A stretch of 32,000 nt of DNA from the NCBI RefSeq assembly GCF_000186885.1, contig NC_014972.1, forward strand, positions 870,001 through 902,000, given 5' to 3'. Positions 1 to 10,931 of the stretch are shown here, piece after piece. The translations under genes were made by a program, and so were the position numbers. The stretch is from Desulfobulbus propionicus DSM 2032. Its GTDB lineage: Bacteria; Desulfobacterota; Desulfobulbia; Desulfobulbales; Desulfobulbaceae. Position 1 is the stretch's first letter, and each line of letters starts with the position of its first letter. The notes beneath the pieces are model-generated. The model was not told the origin of the DNA and searched no databases. It saw only the letters and a program-made list of their open reading frames with translations.

Positions 1-1960
1 GAAATATGTAGCTCGTGATTCCGGTGCCTGTCTGTTGGCAGGCGGAGACGGCGTGGTTGAGGAGGCGGATGCTAATCGCATCGTGGTGCGATATGATCAG
101 CCAGGAGTGGATGGATTTGATACGGGTATTGGTGTCTATCATTTGTCCAAGTATAAAAAATCCAATCAAAACACATGCTTTAATCAAAAAGCTCTTGTGC
201 TTCCTGGGCAACGTGTTGTGAAGGGGACAGTCTTGGCAGATGGACCGTCCACGGAAGTCGGAGAACTCGCTTTGGGAAAAAATGTGACCATCGCGTTCAT
301 GCCCTGGCGAGGCTACAACTTTGAAGATTCCATCCTGATCAATGAGCGTTTACTTAAAGAAGATACCTTCACCTCCGTGCATATTGAAATCTTTGAAACA
401 ATGGCACGGGATACCAAGTTGGGAAAAGAAGAGATTACCCGCGATATTCCCAATGTCGGTGAGGAAGGACTCCGTAATCTCGATGATTCCGGTATTGTCC
501 GCATCGGGGCTGAGGTTCGCGCCGGTGACATGCTGGTCGGCAAGGTCACTCCGAAAGGCGAGAGTATGCTTTCGCCTGAAGAAAAATTGCTCCGGGCGAT
601 TTTTGGCGAGAAAGCCGGTGATGTAAAAGATTCCTCCTTGCGGGTACCGCCGGGAATCGAAGGAGTGGTGATCGACGCCAAAGTCTTTTCGAGAAAGGGA
701 GTCGACAAAGACGAGCGGACGCTGATGATCGAGGAAATGGAGATCGAACGCCTCAATCGGGACATGGAAGCCGAGCTGAGAAGTTTGAAAAACGGCGTGC
801 GCAACTCCCTGGCTGTTCTTCTCGAAGGTCGGACGGCTAAAAGTGATATCAAGGACAAGAAAGGAAAGATCATCCTTAAATTAGGCAAACAACTCACCGC
901 CAAGGTTGTCTCCCAAATTAGTTTCGCCGAACTCCATGACTTGGATTTTTCGGAAAGAGCCAAGTATGAGGACGAGATTGACGCGATCTTCAAACGCTAC
1001 AATACCCAGGCCTCCGTTGTTCGCGGGCGTTATCAGGGCATTGTTGAGCGTATGGAAAAAGGAGATGATCTGCCCCCCGGCGTGGTGAAAATGGTGAAAA
1101 TCTATGTGGCCACCAAGCGTAAACTGGCGGTTGGCGACAAAATGGCGGGGCGTCACGGCAATAAAGGTGTTGTTTCACGTCTGCTTCCCGAGGAGGATAT
1201 GCCCTTTTTTGCCGATGGAACTACTGTCGATATTGTGCTCAATCCCCTTGGCGTGCCTTCGCGAATGAATGTTGGCCAGGTGCTTGAATGCCATCTTGGT
1301 TTTGCCGCCAAAAGGCTGGGAGAACAACTCTCGGCTGTAGCGAAACAGAAGGAGGCCGCACGGCTCAAGCAAAGGTTGGCGCAGATTTATTCCCAAGAGG
1401 AGTATGCTCGATTAACTGAAGGACTCAGCGACGAGGAATTACTCGACATGATGTGCAAGTACGGCCATGGCATCCATGTGGCCACTCCGGTGTTCGACGG
1501 TGCTTCAGAGAATGAGATACGCCAGGCTCTCGTGGAAGCGGGTGTCGATGAGGTCGGGCAGTCAACATTGTACGACGGCCTGACCGGTGAACCTTTTGAT
1601 AACCAGGTAACGGTGGGCGTGATGTATATGCTTAAGCTGCACCATCTGGTGGACAACAAAATCCACGCCCGGTCAACCGGTCCCTATTCACTTGTCACTC
1701 AACAGCCCCTCGGCGGGAAAGCGCAGTTCGGCGGCCAGCGTTTGGGTGAGATGGAGGTTTGGGCCATGGAGGCCTATGGGGCGGCCTACACCCTCAAAGA
1801 ATTCTTGACGGTGAAATCGGACGATGTTGAAGGCCGGACGACGATGTATGAAAAAATCGTCAAAGGAAACAATTTCTTGGAAACAGGGTTGCCTGAATCA
1901 TTCCATGTTCTCGTCAAGGAATTGAAAGGGCTCTGCCTCGATATCGAATTGCTCGAGTAA
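1..1960 (+). CDS. rpoB: DNA-directed RNA polymerase subunit beta, C-terminal part (5' end lies outside the window; reading frame begins at nt 2)
   Basis: The frame is open from nt 2 with no upstream stop. The translation carries conserved beta-subunit motifs ([40 protein letters not shown]). rpoC follows directly, as in the conserved rpoBC operon. Confidence 0.97.
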   Translation, partial: KYVARDSGACLLAGGDGVVEEADANRIVVRYDQPGVDGFDTGIGVYHLSKYKKSNQNTCFNQKALVLPGQRVVKGTVLADGPSTEVGELALGKNVTIAFMPWRGYNFEDSILINERLLKEDTFTSVHIEIFETMARDTKLGKEEITRDIPNVGEEGLRNLDDSGIVRIGAEVRAGDMLVGKVTPKGESMLSPEEKLLRAIFGEKAGDVKDSSLRVPPGIEGVVIDAKVFSRKGVDKDERTLMIEEMEIERLNRDMEAELRSLKNGVRNSLAVLLEGRTAKSDIKDKKGKIILKLGKQLTAKVVSQISFAELHDLDFSERAKYEDEIDAIFKRYNTQASVVRGRYQGIVERMEKGDDLPPGVVKMVKIYVATKRKLAVGDKMAGRHGNKGVVSRLLPEEDMPFFADGTTVDIVLNPLGVPSRMNVGQVLECHLGFAAKRLGEQLSAVAKQKEAARLKQRLAQIYSQEEYARLTEGLSDEELLDMMCKYGHGIHVATPVFDGASENEIRQALVEAGVDEVGQSTLYDGLTGEPFDNQVTVGVMYMLKLHHLVDNKIHARSTGPYSLVTQQPLGGKAQFGGQRLGEMEVWAMEAYGAAYTLKEFLTVKSDDVEGRTTMYEKIVKGNNFLETGLPESFHVLVKELKGLCLDIELLE

Positions 1961-2050
1961 CACGGAAAGATCGCGGCTAAAAAATAGTCCAAGGAATGTT
2001 TGGTTTCTATCGTCCATACGGTTTGATTTGAAAAGAGAATAGGTGAATTC

Positions 2051-5000
2051 GTGGAAGAACTGTTTAGCTTCTTTGCAAAGCCGAAAGGTCCCGTCAGTTT
2101 TAACAAGGTGAAGATATCGCTCGCCTCACCGGATAAAATCAGGGAGTGGTCGCATGGAGAAGTCAAAAAGCCGGAGACCATCAATTACCGAACGTTCAAG
2201 CCTGAACGCGACGGCCTGTTCTGTGCCAAAATTTTCGGGCCAGTCAAGGATTACGAATGCAATTGCGGCAAGTACAAACGCATGAAGCACCGGGGCGTCG
2301 TCTGTGAAAAATGCGGCGTCGAGGTCATTCAATCCAAGGTTCGCCGAGAGCGTCTTGGTCATATTGAGTTAGCCGCTCCGGTAGCTCATATTTGGTTCCT
2401 GAAAAGTTTGCCGTCCAAGATTGGCGCGATCTTGGACATGACGCTCAAACAGCTGGAACGAATACTATATTTCGAATCCTATGCGGTCGTTGCTTCTGAA
2501 GTGGAAGATCTGCCGGTTGGGACCCTTCTGAGTGAAGACCAGTACCGTAGCGCTCTCGAAGAGCATCCGGGCAAGTTCAGGGTGGGCATCGGCGCAGAAG
2601 CTATCCGCGAAATGTTGATGGCCCTGGATCTCAAGGAGCTTTCAGAAACATTGCGCAAGGAGATGAAAGAAACAGGGTCGGTCACCAAACGCACTAAATA
2701 TGGCAAGCGGCTGAATGTGGTGGAAGCCTTTCGGGATTCTGGCAACCGCCCGGAATGGATGATCCTTGAGGTTATTCCGGTCCTGCCTCCTGATTTACGA
2801 CCATTGGTGCCTTTGGAAGGAGGCCGGTTTGCCACCTCAGATCTCAACGACCTGTATCGAAGGGTCATCAACCGCAACAATCGGCTGAAACGCCTTCTTG
2901 AATTGGATGCCCCTGATATCATCATCCGCAACGAAAAGCGGATGTTGCAGGAAGCTGTCGACGTTTTGTTCGACAACGGTCGGCGGGGACGAACCATTAC
3001 CGGACCGAACAAGCGGCCCCTTAAATCGCTATCCGACATGCTCAAGGGCAAGCAGGGGCGTTTTCGGCAAAATTTGTTGGGCAAGCGGGTCGATTATTCG
3101 GGACGTTCGGTTATTGTTGTCGGTCCCCACCTGCGGTTGCATCAGTGCGGTCTTCCCAAAAAGATGGCTCTTGAGCTGTTCAAGCCGTTTATCTACAATC
3201 AGCTTGAGCGAAAAGGGTATGTCACGACGATTAAAAGTGCCCGGAAGATGGTGGAAAAAGGCACCAAGGAAGTCTGGGACGTTCTCGATGATATCGTTCA
3301 GGAGTACCCGGTCATCCTCAACCGTGCCCCTACCCTTCACCGGTTGGGCATGCAGGCCTTTGAGGTGGTGCTGATCGAAGGAAAGGCCATTCAACTGCAT
3401 CCTCTTGTCTGTGCCGCGTTCAACGCCGATTTTGACGGCGACCAGATGGCCGTGCATGTACCTCTGTCGGTGGAAGCCCAGGTGGAAGCTCGGGTGTTGA
3501 TGATGTCGACAAACAACATCCTTTCGCCGGCCAATGGTGGTCCGATCATCATTCCAAGTCAGGATATTGTCCTTGGGTTGTACTACATGACCCGGGAGCG
3601 GTTTGGCGTGGCGGGCGAGGGGGCAATTTTCGGTTCTCCAGGCGAGGCACGGATTGCCTATGATCATGGCTCGGCCCATATGCAGGCTCGGGTCAAAGTC
3701 CGTATCAACGGTGCGCTGGTGGATACGACCATCGGCCGTATTCTGGTGGGTGAGCTGTTGCCGGCCGTGGTCCCTTTTTCGCTGGTCAACAAGGAACTGT
3801 CCAAGAAGGAACTGGCATTTCTCATCGACTATACCTACCGCCACGGAGGGACCAAGGAAACGGTTATCCTGGCGGATCGGTTGAAAGACCTTGGATATGA
3901 GTACGCCACCCGGGCCGGAATTTCCATCTGCATCAATGACATGAAGATCCCTGTCCGCAAGGAAGAGTTTGTCGAAGATGCCGAGAAGGAAGCCGCTGAT
4001 GTCGATCAGCAATATTCAGACGGTTTGATTACCGACGGCGAGAAATACAACAAAATTATCGACATTTGGTCAAAGGCCACCGACAAAATCACCAAAGAAA
4101 TGATGGATGAGATGGCGGTGGAATTCATGCCGGATACGACAGGGAAGATCCAGGAGATCAAGAGTTTCAATTCTGTGTATATCATGGCTGATTCTGGTGC
4201 CCGTGGGTCCAAGGATCAGATTCGTCAGCTCGCAGGCATGCGCGGACTGATGGCCAAGCCTTCAGGAGAAATCATCGAAACTCCGATCAAGGCGAATTTC
4301 CGCGAAGGCCTCAACGTTCTCGAATACTTTATTTCAACCCATGGTGCCCGTAAGGGATTGGCGGATACGGCCCTGAAGACCGCTAACTCCGGATATCTCA
4401 CTCGGCGACTGGTGGACGTCGCCCAGGATTCCACCATTGTGATGAAGGACTGCGGCACCATGCGCGGTATCCTGGCCGAACCCCTGATCGAGGGCGGTGA
4501 GGTGATTGTTCGGATTGGCGAACGCATCCTGGGTCGTGTTGCTCTCGAGGATGTGGTTGACCCGCACACTGGACAAATTTTGGTCGGGATGGATGAGGAG
4601 ATCACCGAAGACAAGGTCGAGGCGATTGAGGCAGCCGGCATTGATCGTGTCCATATCCGTTCGGTGCTGACCTGCGAGGCTAAACGCGGTGTTTGCGCCA
4701 TGTGTTATGGGCGTGACCTTGGCCGGGGACACATGGTCAATATCGGCGAAGCGGTGGGGATCATTGCTGCGCAATCGATCGGCGAGCCTGGTACCCAGCT
4801 GACCATGCGGACGTTCCATATCGGTGGTACCGCCCGAGGTGCCGTGGAACAGGCAGAGGTTCGCACCCAAAGGGGCGGACAGATTAAATACAAGAATCTG
4901 CATTCGGTTTCTAACAGCGAAGGGTATCAGGTGGTTATGAATCGCAATGCCGAGATCACGGTGTTGGATGACTTGGGGGTTGACCGGGAACGATTCCCTG

Positions 5001-6115
5001 TACCCTACGGGGCCACCTTGCGGATCAATGACGGTCAAGCGGTGGATCCGGGAACCGTTATAGCCGATTGGGATGCCTTCTCGATTCCTATTGTCGCTGA
5101 AGTGGGTGGCAAGGTGAAGTATGGCGATGTCGTGGAAGGTGATTCGATGCAGGAGCGTGTTGATCAGATAACCGGTAAGGCCAGTAAGGTGATCACGCCT
5201 GTGAGTTCGACCAAACAGATGAATCCTCGTATTTCCATCAAAGATGATCGTGGACGGACTCTCAAGTTGCCTGATGGGGAACTTGCTGCTCGCTATCCGT
5301 TGCCAGTCGGATCGATCATCACGGTCAATGAACACGATATCATTGCCGCAGGCACCGTCATTGCCAAAATTCCACGGGAAACCACCAAAACAAAGGACAT
5401 CACCGGTGGTTTGCCTCGGGTCGCTGAACTGTTTGAAGTGCGCAAACCGAAAGAACAGGCCATCATTTCCGAAATTGATGGCCGCGTGAGCTTTGGCAAG
5501 GATTTGAAAGGCAAAAGGCGAGTAATCGTCACTCCGGAAATCGGTGAAGCCAAGGAGTATTTAATTCCCAAATCGAAACACATAACTGTCCATGAGAATG
5601 ATCGCGTTGAGGCGGGCGATCCGTTAATGGAAGGGATTCGCCTGCCCAATGATATTCTCCGTGTCAAGGGAGCCGAGGCCCTTGCGCGATTTTTGGTTAA
5701 TGAAATCCAGGAAGTTTATCGTTTGCAAGGTGTAAAGATCAACGATAAACACATTGAAACCATTGTTCGGCAAATGTTGAAGCGTGTCCGCATCACCGAT
5801 GCAGGGGATTCGAGATTTATGCTTGATCAGCAGGTTGAATGGTGGAAATTTCAAGAGGAAAACGAGCGGTTGTTGCAGGAAGGGTTACAACCGGCTGCGG
5901 CCGAGCCATTGTTGCTCGGCGTGACCAAGGCGTCGCTCTCCACCGATTCCTTCATTTCGGCTGCTTCATTTCAGGAGACGACCAAGGTGCTGACCAACGC
6001 TGCGATGGCTGGGAAAATTGATGATCTTTCCGGATTAAAGGAAAACGTCATTATGGGGCGGTTAATTTCGGCGGGTACGGGATTAAAGAAATACCGCTTT
6101 AATCAAGATAACTAA
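2051..6115 (+). CDS. rpoC: DNA-directed RNA polymerase subunit beta-prime
   Basis: 1354-aa ORF with a GTG start 5 nt after AGGTG. It has the N-terminal Zn-binding segment [20 protein letters not shown] and the catalytic [12 protein letters not shown] motif. Confidence 0.98.
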   Translation: MEELFSFFAKPKGPVSFNKVKISLASPDKIREWSHGEVKKPETINYRTFKPERDGLFCAKIFGPVKDYECNCGKYKRMKHRGVVCEKCGVEVIQSKVRRERLGHIELAAPVAHIWFLKSLPSKIGAILDMTLKQLERILYFESYAVVASEVEDLPVGTLLSEDQYRSALEEHPGKFRVGIGAEAIREMLMALDLKELSETLRKEMKETGSVTKRTKYGKRLNVVEAFRDSGNRPEWMILEVIPVLPPDLRPLVPLEGGRFATSDLNDLYRRVINRNNRLKRLLELDAPDIIIRNEKRMLQEAVDVLFDNGRRGRTITGPNKRPLKSLSDMLKGKQGRFRQNLLGKRVDYSGRSVIVVGPHLRLHQCGLPKKMALELFKPFIYNQLERKGYVTTIKSARKMVEKGTKEVWDVLDDIVQEYPVILNRAPTLHRLGMQAFEVVLIEGKAIQLHPLVCAAFNADFDGDQMAVHVPLSVEAQVEARVLMMSTNNILSPANGGPIIIPSQDIVLGLYYMTRERFGVAGEGAIFGSPGEARIAYDHGSAHMQARVKVRINGALVDTTIGRILVGELLPAVVPFSLVNKELSKKELAFLIDYTYRHGGTKETVILADRLKDLGYEYATRAGISICINDMKIPVRKEEFVEDAEKEAADVDQQYSDGLITDGEKYNKIIDIWSKATDKITKEMMDEMAVEFMPDTTGKIQEIKSFNSVYIMADSGARGSKDQIRQLAGMRGLMAKPSGEIIETPIKANFREGLNVLEYFISTHGARKGLADTALKTANSGYLTRRLVDVAQDSTIVMKDCGTMRGILAEPLIEGGEVIVRIGERILGRVALEDVVDPHTGQILVGMDEEITEDKVEAIEAAGIDRVHIRSVLTCEAKRGVCAMCYGRDLGRGHMVNIGEAVGIIAAQSIGEPGTQLTMRTFHIGGTARGAVEQAEVRTQRGGQIKYKNLHSVSNSEGYQVVMNRNAEITVLDDLGVDRERFPVPYGATLRINDGQAVDPGTVIADWDAFSIPIVAEVGGKVKYGDVVEGDSMQERVDQITGKASKVITPVSSTKQMNPRISIKDDRGRTLKLPDGELAARYPLPVGSIITVNEHDIIAAGTVIAKIPRETTKTKDITGGLPRVAELFEVRKPKEQAIISEIDGRVSFGKDLKGKRRVIVTPEIGEAKEYLIPKSKHITVHENDRVEAGDPLMEGIRLPNDILRVKGAEALARFLVNEIQEVYRLQGVKINDKHIETIVRQMLKRVRITDAGDSRFMLDQQVEWWKFQEENERLLQEGLQPAAAEPLLLGVTKASLSTDSFISAASFQETTKVLTNAAMAGKIDDLSGLKENVIMGRLISAGTGLKKYRFNQDN

Positions 6116-6127
6116 AGAAGATAAAAC

Positions 6128-6156
6128 TTGACCTTTTCAATTTCATCGATTAAACA
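6128..6156 (+). promoter_or_regulatory. Candidate sigma70-type promoter in the rpoC-rpsL spacer (TTGACC, 17 nt, TAAACA)
   Basis: The -35 TTGACC sits at 6128-6133, followed by a 17-nt spacer and a weak -10 TAAACA at 6151-6156. This is motif match only. Confidence 0.3.
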
Positions 6157-6172
6157 AATCCTCTTCATGCTC

Positions 6173-6208
6173 GCCCGAGTTCTGTGAACTCGGGCTTGAA
6201 TGTTTTTC
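6173..6208 (+). terminator. GC-rich hairpin with a distal U-rich tract; candidate rpoC terminator/attenuator or str-leader structure
   Basis: GCCCGAGTT (6173-6181) pairs with AACTCGGGC (6187-6195) for 9 bp around a 5-nt loop. It is followed by TTGAATGTTTTT. The U tract is interrupted, so termination efficiency is uncertain. Confidence 0.4.
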
Positions 6209-6225
6209 TAAAAGGAGCTGCTTGC

Positions 6226-6597
6226 ATGCCCACGATTAATCAACTTGTCAGGAATAGGCGCAAAAAAATCACCAAACGCACTAACACGCCCGCGTTGCAA
6301 AACTGCCCACAGAAGCGGGGTGTATGTGTGCGTGTGTATACAACGACGCCCAAGAAACCGAATTCGGCGTTGCGGAAGGTGGCAAGGGTCCGCCTGACCA
6401 ACGGGATTGAGGTGACGTCATATATTCCGGGTATAGGTCACAATCTGCAGGAGCACTCGGTTGTGCTCATTCGCGGCGGCCGCGTCAAGGATTTACCGGG
6501 TGTGCGGTATCACATCATTCGCGGTACGCTTGATACGCTCGGCGTGAACGACCGTCGCCAGGGCCGTTCCAAGTATGGCGCCAAGCGTCCTAAATAA
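6226..6597 (+). CDS. rpsL: 30S ribosomal protein S12
   Basis: The translation starts MPTINQLVR and contains KKPNSALRK. The ATG at 6226 lies 8 nt after AAGGAG. The ORF-track start at 6184 (GTG inside the hairpin) was rejected. Confidence 0.97.
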   Translation: MPTINQLVRNRRKKITKRTNTPALQNCPQKRGVCVRVYTTTPKKPNSALRKVARVRLTNGIEVTSYIPGIGHNLQEHSVVLIRGGRVKDLPGVRYHIIRGTLDTLGVNDRRQGRSKYGAKRPK

Positions 6598-6628
6598 TTT
6601 CTGTACATGATTGACAGCGAGTTCGCGT

Positions 6629-7102
6629 ATGCCAAGAAAAAAAATGTTAGATAAGCGTCCTGTTGCGCCGGATCCCAAGTTTAATTCTGTTCTGGTTGCA
6701 AAGTTCACTAATGGCCTGATGGTCAACGGCAAGAAAACCGTCGCTCGGAGGCTGTTTTACGATGCCATGGAAATCATTGGGGGAAAGCTCGCCGATCAGG
6801 AGCCGTTGACGGTCTTTGAGGAGGCGATGGAAAACGTTCGTCCTCGGGTTGAGGTGAAAAGTCGCCGTGTTGGCGGCGCTACGTATCAGGTGCCTGTTGA
6901 GGTGCGTCCTGAGCGAAGAAATGCGTTGGCTATCCGTTGGATCATTAATTTTTCCAAGAACCGCTCTGGGCAGACCATGTCCGAAAAGTTGGCTGCCGAG
7001 TTGCTTGATGCGTTTAACAATCGCGGCGCCTCGGTGAAAAAGAAAGACGACACGCACAAAATGGCTGAGGCTAATAAAGCCTTTGCTCATTATCGCTGGT
7101 AG
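6629..7102 (+). CDS. rpsG: 30S ribosomal protein S7
   Basis: [20 protein letters not shown] aligns with the canonical S7 N-terminus (MPRRR...PDPKF). It follows rpsL as in the str operon. Confidence 0.96.
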   Translation: MPRKKMLDKRPVAPDPKFNSVLVAKFTNGLMVNGKKTVARRLFYDAMEIIGGKLADQEPLTVFEEAMENVRPRVEVKSRRVGGATYQVPVEVRPERRNALAIRWIINFSKNRSGQTMSEKLAAELLDAFNNRGASVKKKDDTHKMAEANKAFAHYRW

Positions 7103-7104
7103 GT

Positions 7105-7133
7105 TTGACCATTGCATTTTGATTGCCTATAGG
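7105..7133 (+). promoter_or_regulatory. Candidate promoter P1 in the rpsG-fusA spacer (TTGACC, 17 nt, TATAGG)
   Basis: The -35 TTGACC is at 7105-7110, the spacer is 17 nt, and the -10 TATAGG is at 7128-7133. Motif match only. Confidence 0.35.
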
Positions 7134-7141
7134 AAAAAAGC

Positions 7142-7170
7142 TTGACATGTGCCAGGAGGTGCTGTATTAG
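7142..7170 (+). promoter_or_regulatory. Candidate promoter P2 in the rpsG-fusA spacer (TTGACA, 17 nt, TATTAG)
   Basis: A consensus -35 TTGACA is at 7142-7147, the spacer is 17 nt, and the -10 TATTAG is at 7165-7170. Motif match only. Confidence 0.4.
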
Positions 7171-7224
7171 CAGCATTTCTTGCGCGGCCTCCTTGGTGAT
7201 GGATAGATAAAATTTAAGGAGGCC
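7152..7224 (+). promoter_or_regulatory. Mutually exclusive RNA helices around the fusA Shine-Dalgarno (anti-anti-SD / anti-SD / SD)
   Basis: GGCCTCCTT (7186-7194) is the exact reverse complement of AAGGAGGCC (7216-7224), which contains the fusA SD. The same CCTCCT segment can instead pair with CCAGGAGG (7152-7159) for 8 bp with one bulged T. Confidence 0.45.
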
Positions 7225-7227
7225 TGA

Positions 7228-9306
7228 GTGGCAACGGAAAACCCGTTAATCCGTGTGCGTAATATTGGCATAATGGCCCATATTGACGCCGGAAAAACAA
7301 CGACGACTGAACGTATTCTTTTTTATACGGGGCGGTCGCACAAGTTAGGTGAAGTCCATGATGGAACAGCCGTCATGGATTGGATGGAGCAGGAGCAAGA
7401 GCGGGGTATAACTATCACCTCCGCTGCGACAACTTGTTTTTGGCAGGGGTATCAGATCAACGTAATAGATACCCCCGGGCATGTAGACTTTACAGTAGAA
7501 GTCGAACGGTGCTTGAGGGTCTTAGACGGCGTTGTCGCCGTCTTTTGTGCGGTTGGTGGAGTTGAGCCGCAGTCGGAAACAGTGTGGCGGCAAGCGGATC
7601 GATATAAAATTCCCCGCATTGCCTTTGTCAATAAAATGGACCGAGTTGGGGCTTCATTTTCACGGTGCCTCGATCAATTGGAAAGCCAACTTGGGGCGTC
7701 TCCGGTTGCAATAACGCTTCCGGTTGGTAGTGAAGATCAGTTCGTTGGTGTTGTCGATCTGATCGATCAAAAACTGCTCAAATTTGATGATGCCTCCATG
7801 GGGCAGGTTGTCACCGAAGAGGCAGTGCCGGATTCATTAAAACAAGATTCATCGGCTGCGAGAATGGCGCTCGTCGAGAAGCTGGCCGACTTCGATGAGA
7901 GCGTCATGGAAAAATTTTTAAACGATCAAGAGATCGCTCCTGGTGAGATTCGGGCAGCGCTTCGCAATGCAACGCTTGCCCTGAATGTAGTGCCAGTGCT
8001 TTGTGGTTCAGCATTCAGAAACAAGGGGGTGCAACCCTTGTTGGATGCCATCACTTGGTATTTGCCATCACCCGTTGATGTTCCCCCGGTGGAGGGGACG
8101 GATAAGGACGGTGCGCCGCTTATCCGCAAGCCTGAAAGGAGTGAAAAATTTTGCGGCTTGGTGTTTAAGCTGCAAAGCGATCCGTATGTGGGAAATCTTT
8201 CCTTTATCCGTGTGTATTCAGGTGAACTGAAAGCCGGGGAAAAGGTATTTAACCCACGCAAACATAAAACGGAAAAGATCTCGAAACTGCTCAAGCTGCA
8301 TGCAAACAAACGGGAAGAAGTTTCCAGTATTGTTGCAGGCGATATCGGTGCTATTGCTGGGCTGAAATTTACCCGGACTGGCGATACGCTGTGCGAAAAC
8401 GGCGATTTCATTGTGCTTGAAACCATCGTTTTCCCGGAACCTGTTATTGGTGTGGCCATAGAACCGAAAACCAAGGCAGATGAAAAGCTCCTTGCTGATA
8501 CCTTGGAAAAAATTGCGCACGAGGATCCAAGTTTCAAAGTCACTGTTTCAGAGGAGACTGGACAGACTATAATTTCAGGAATGGGAGAGTTGCACCTTGA
8601 AATTATTGTCGATCGCTTGATCCGAGAGTTCAAGGTTGAGGCTAATGTCGGGCGGCCCCAGGTATCCTATCGAGAAACAGTCACCAGAAATTCTCGAGCT
8701 GAAGGTCGATTTGAAACGCTGGGCGGTGGGAAAGAGCAATACGGGCACGTTGAAGTTGAAATAGCTCCTGGGGCGAAGGGGAGCGGCAAACAATTCAACT
8801 GTTTGGTTGATGAAACCCAGATACCTGTTCGCTTTGTTGAATCAATAAAAAAAGGCGTGCTCGATAGTTTGGATTCAGGGCCAATTATCGGATATCCGAT
8901 GCTTGACGTGAATGTCAAGCTTGTTGGCGGCTCCTATGATGAGGAGAAGTCAACCGAGATGGCCTTCGGTGTAGCAGCTACTATGGCATGCAGGAAGGCG
9001 GCGGATCAGGCTGCCCCGGTTCTTTTGGAGCCCATCATGGAGCTGGAAATCGTAACTCCTGATGAATATTTGGGTGATGTCATTAATGATCTCAACAGAA
9101 AAAGGGCCCAAATCAACGGTGTGCATGCGGAAAACGGGAGGCAAGTAGTTCGAGGAAAGGCTCCATTGGCCGAATTGTTCGGATTCTCGACAGATCTTCG
9201 CTCGGCTACGCAAGGGCGAGCAACTTTTACAATGCTTTTCAGTGAATTTGCGGAAGTACCCGCTCGACGAGCTGAGGCAATAATTCATAAGATTAAAGGC
9301 GTATAA
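7228..9306 (+). CDS. fusA: Elongation factor G
   Basis: 692-aa ORF with a GTG start 5 nt after AAGGAGG. GTPase motifs are [21 protein letters not shown] and NKMD. It sits between rpsG and tuf. Confidence 0.97.
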   Translation: MATENPLIRVRNIGIMAHIDAGKTTTTERILFYTGRSHKLGEVHDGTAVMDWMEQEQERGITITSAATTCFWQGYQINVIDTPGHVDFTVEVERCLRVLDGVVAVFCAVGGVEPQSETVWRQADRYKIPRIAFVNKMDRVGASFSRCLDQLESQLGASPVAITLPVGSEDQFVGVVDLIDQKLLKFDDASMGQVVTEEAVPDSLKQDSSAARMALVEKLADFDESVMEKFLNDQEIAPGEIRAALRNATLALNVVPVLCGSAFRNKGVQPLLDAITWYLPSPVDVPPVEGTDKDGAPLIRKPERSEKFCGLVFKLQSDPYVGNLSFIRVYSGELKAGEKVFNPRKHKTEKISKLLKLHANKREEVSSIVAGDIGAIAGLKFTRTGDTLCENGDFIVLETIVFPEPVIGVAIEPKTKADEKLLADTLEKIAHEDPSFKVTVSEETGQTIISGMGELHLEIIVDRLIREFKVEANVGRPQVSYRETVTRNSRAEGRFETLGGGKEQYGHVEVEIAPGAKGSGKQFNCLVDETQIPVRFVESIKKGVLDSLDSGPIIGYPMLDVNVKLVGGSYDEEKSTEMAFGVAATMACRKAADQAAPVLLEPIMELEIVTPDEYLGDVINDLNRKRAQINGVHAENGRQVVRGKAPLAELFGFSTDLRSATQGRATFTMLFSEFAEVPARRAEAIIHKIKGV

Positions 9307-9337
9307 CTATTATAGCATAGCCGATTGAGGTGCATGA

Positions 9338-10528
9338 ATGGCGAAGGAAAAATTTGAGCGGACAAAGCCGCATGTCAATGTAGGAACAATCGGTCACATT
9401 GACCATGGCAAGACGACCTTAACGGCGGCGATCACTCGGGTGTTGTCGACCAAGGGCATGGCCAAGTTCACTGACTTCAGCGAGATTGACAAGGCGCCGG
9501 AAGAGAAGGAGCGCGGCATTACCATCGCGACCGCACATGTCGAATACGAAACGCCAACCCGCCATTATGCCCATGTGGACTGTCCTGGCCATGCGGACTA
9601 TATCAAGAACATGATCACTGGTGCCGCCCAGATGGATGGCGCGATTCTCGTGGTTGCGGCAACCGACGGTCCGATGCCGCAAACTAGGGAGCACATCCTT
9701 CTTGCCCGTCAGGTTGGTGTGCCGGCAATGGTCGTCTTTTTGAACAAGTGCGACATGGTCGATGATCCGGAATTGATCGAGCTGGTCGAGATGGAGCTTC
9801 GCGAGTTGCTCGATAAATACGATTTCCCCGGTGACGAGATTCCGATTATCCAGGGGTCGGCGCTGAATGCACTTGAGTTTCCGGAAGACGAGGTCAAGGC
9901 CAAGTGCATCTGGGATCTGATGGAGGCGGTTGACAGCTACATTCCGCAGCCCGAGCGAGCCATTGATAAGCCGTTCCTGATGCCTGTTGAGGACGTCTTT
10001 TCCATCTCTGGGCGTGGTACGGTTGCCACGGGCCGAATTGAGCGTGGTGTGATTCACGTGGGCGACGAGGTGGAGATCGTCGGGATTCGCCCGACCGCGA
10101 AAACCACTTGTACCGGTGTCGAGATGTTTCGCAAATTGCTTGATGAGGGGCAGGCCGGCGATAATATTGGCGCCTTGCTTCGCGGTGTCAAGCGCGAAGA
10201 GATTGTCCGTGGTCAGGTGCTAGCCAAGCCGGGTTCGATCAAGCCGCACAAGAAATTCAAAGCAGAAGCCTATATATTGACCAAGGAAGAGGGCGGTCGG
10301 CATACCCCCTTCTTTAATGGGTATCGTCCACAGTTTTATTTCCGGACAACCGATGTGACCGGTGTGTGTACGCTTGAGGAGGGTGTGGAGATGGTTATGC
10401 CTGGTGATAATATCCATATCACCGGTGAATTGATCACGCCGATCGCCATGGAGGCTGGTTTGCGATTTGCCATCCGGGAAGGTGGGCGCACGGTAGGCGC
10501 AGGCGTTATCAGCGAAATTATCGAATAA
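9338..10528 (+). CDS. tuf: Elongation factor Tu
   Basis: 396-aa ORF with motifs [21 protein letters not shown] and NKCD, and high overall similarity to bacterial EF-Tu. Confidence 0.99.
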   Translation: MAKEKFERTKPHVNVGTIGHIDHGKTTLTAAITRVLSTKGMAKFTDFSEIDKAPEEKERGITIATAHVEYETPTRHYAHVDCPGHADYIKNMITGAAQMDGAILVVAATDGPMPQTREHILLARQVGVPAMVVFLNKCDMVDDPELIELVEMELRELLDKYDFPGDEIPIIQGSALNALEFPEDEVKAKCIWDLMEAVDSYIPQPERAIDKPFLMPVEDVFSISGRGTVATGRIERGVIHVGDEVEIVGIRPTAKTTCTGVEMFRKLLDEGQAGDNIGALLRGVKREEIVRGQVLAKPGSIKPHKKFKAEAYILTKEEGGRHTPFFNGYRPQFYFRTTDVTGVCTLEEGVEMVMPGDNIHITGELITPIAMEAGLRFAIREGGRTVGAGVISEIIE

Positions 10529-10538
10529 AAGGAGATTT

Positions 10539-10853
10539 ATGATTCCTACAGATAAAATTCGGATCAGGCTCAAAGGATATGATCATAAACTGCTTGATCT
10601 TTCTACCCGTGAAATAGTGGATACCGCACGACGGACAGGCGCAACGGTTGTTGGTCCTATCCCACTGCCTACTAGTACTAATAAATTCACAGTGCTGCGA
10701 TCACCGCATGTGGATAAAAAGTCGCGCGAACAGTTCGAGATGCGGACACATCGTCGCTTGCTGGATATTCTCGAACCCACGCAGCAAACTATTGATTCTC
10801 TCATGAAACTAGAGTTGTCTGCTGGCGTTGATGTGGAAATCAAACTTCCCTGA
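10539..10853 (+). CDS. rpsJ: 30S ribosomal protein S10
   Basis: 104-aa ORF starting [14 protein letters not shown] and containing GPIPLPT. The ATG follows AAGGAG, 10 nt after the tuf stop. Confidence 0.97.
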   Translation: MIPTDKIRIRLKGYDHKLLDLSTREIVDTARRTGATVVGPIPLPTSTNKFTVLRSPHVDKKSREQFEMRTHRRLLDILEPTQQTIDSLMKLELSAGVDVEIKLP

Positions 10854-10891
10854 TGAGTGTAGCCTAGGCTAATAACTGATTGATTAAATGA

Positions 10892-10909
10892 TAATCGCGC
10901 ACGTGATTA
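10892..10909 (+). other. Small hairpin in the 78-nt rpsJ-rplC spacer
   Basis: TAATCGC / GTGATTA forms 7 pairs, including one G-U, around the loop GCAC. Function unknown. Confidence 0.25.
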
Positions 10910-10931
10910 CGAATTGAATTCAGGTAGACAA

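Noticed and set aside
313-993. 226-aa minus-strand ORF inside rpoB
   Set aside because: It is a Ser-rich, low-complexity translation antisense to conserved rpoB coding sequence.
3029-5335. Two minus-strand ORFs of about 330 aa (3029-4012 and 4334-5335) inside rpoC
   Set aside because: They are antisense to the highly conserved rpoC frame, have no SD or promoter context, and have no recognisable domains. They are shadow ORFs.
7926-10057. Minus-strand ORFs of 235 aa (7926-8633, in fusA) and 212 aa (9419-10057, in tuf)
   Set aside because: They are antisense to conserved GTPase genes and have no independent support.
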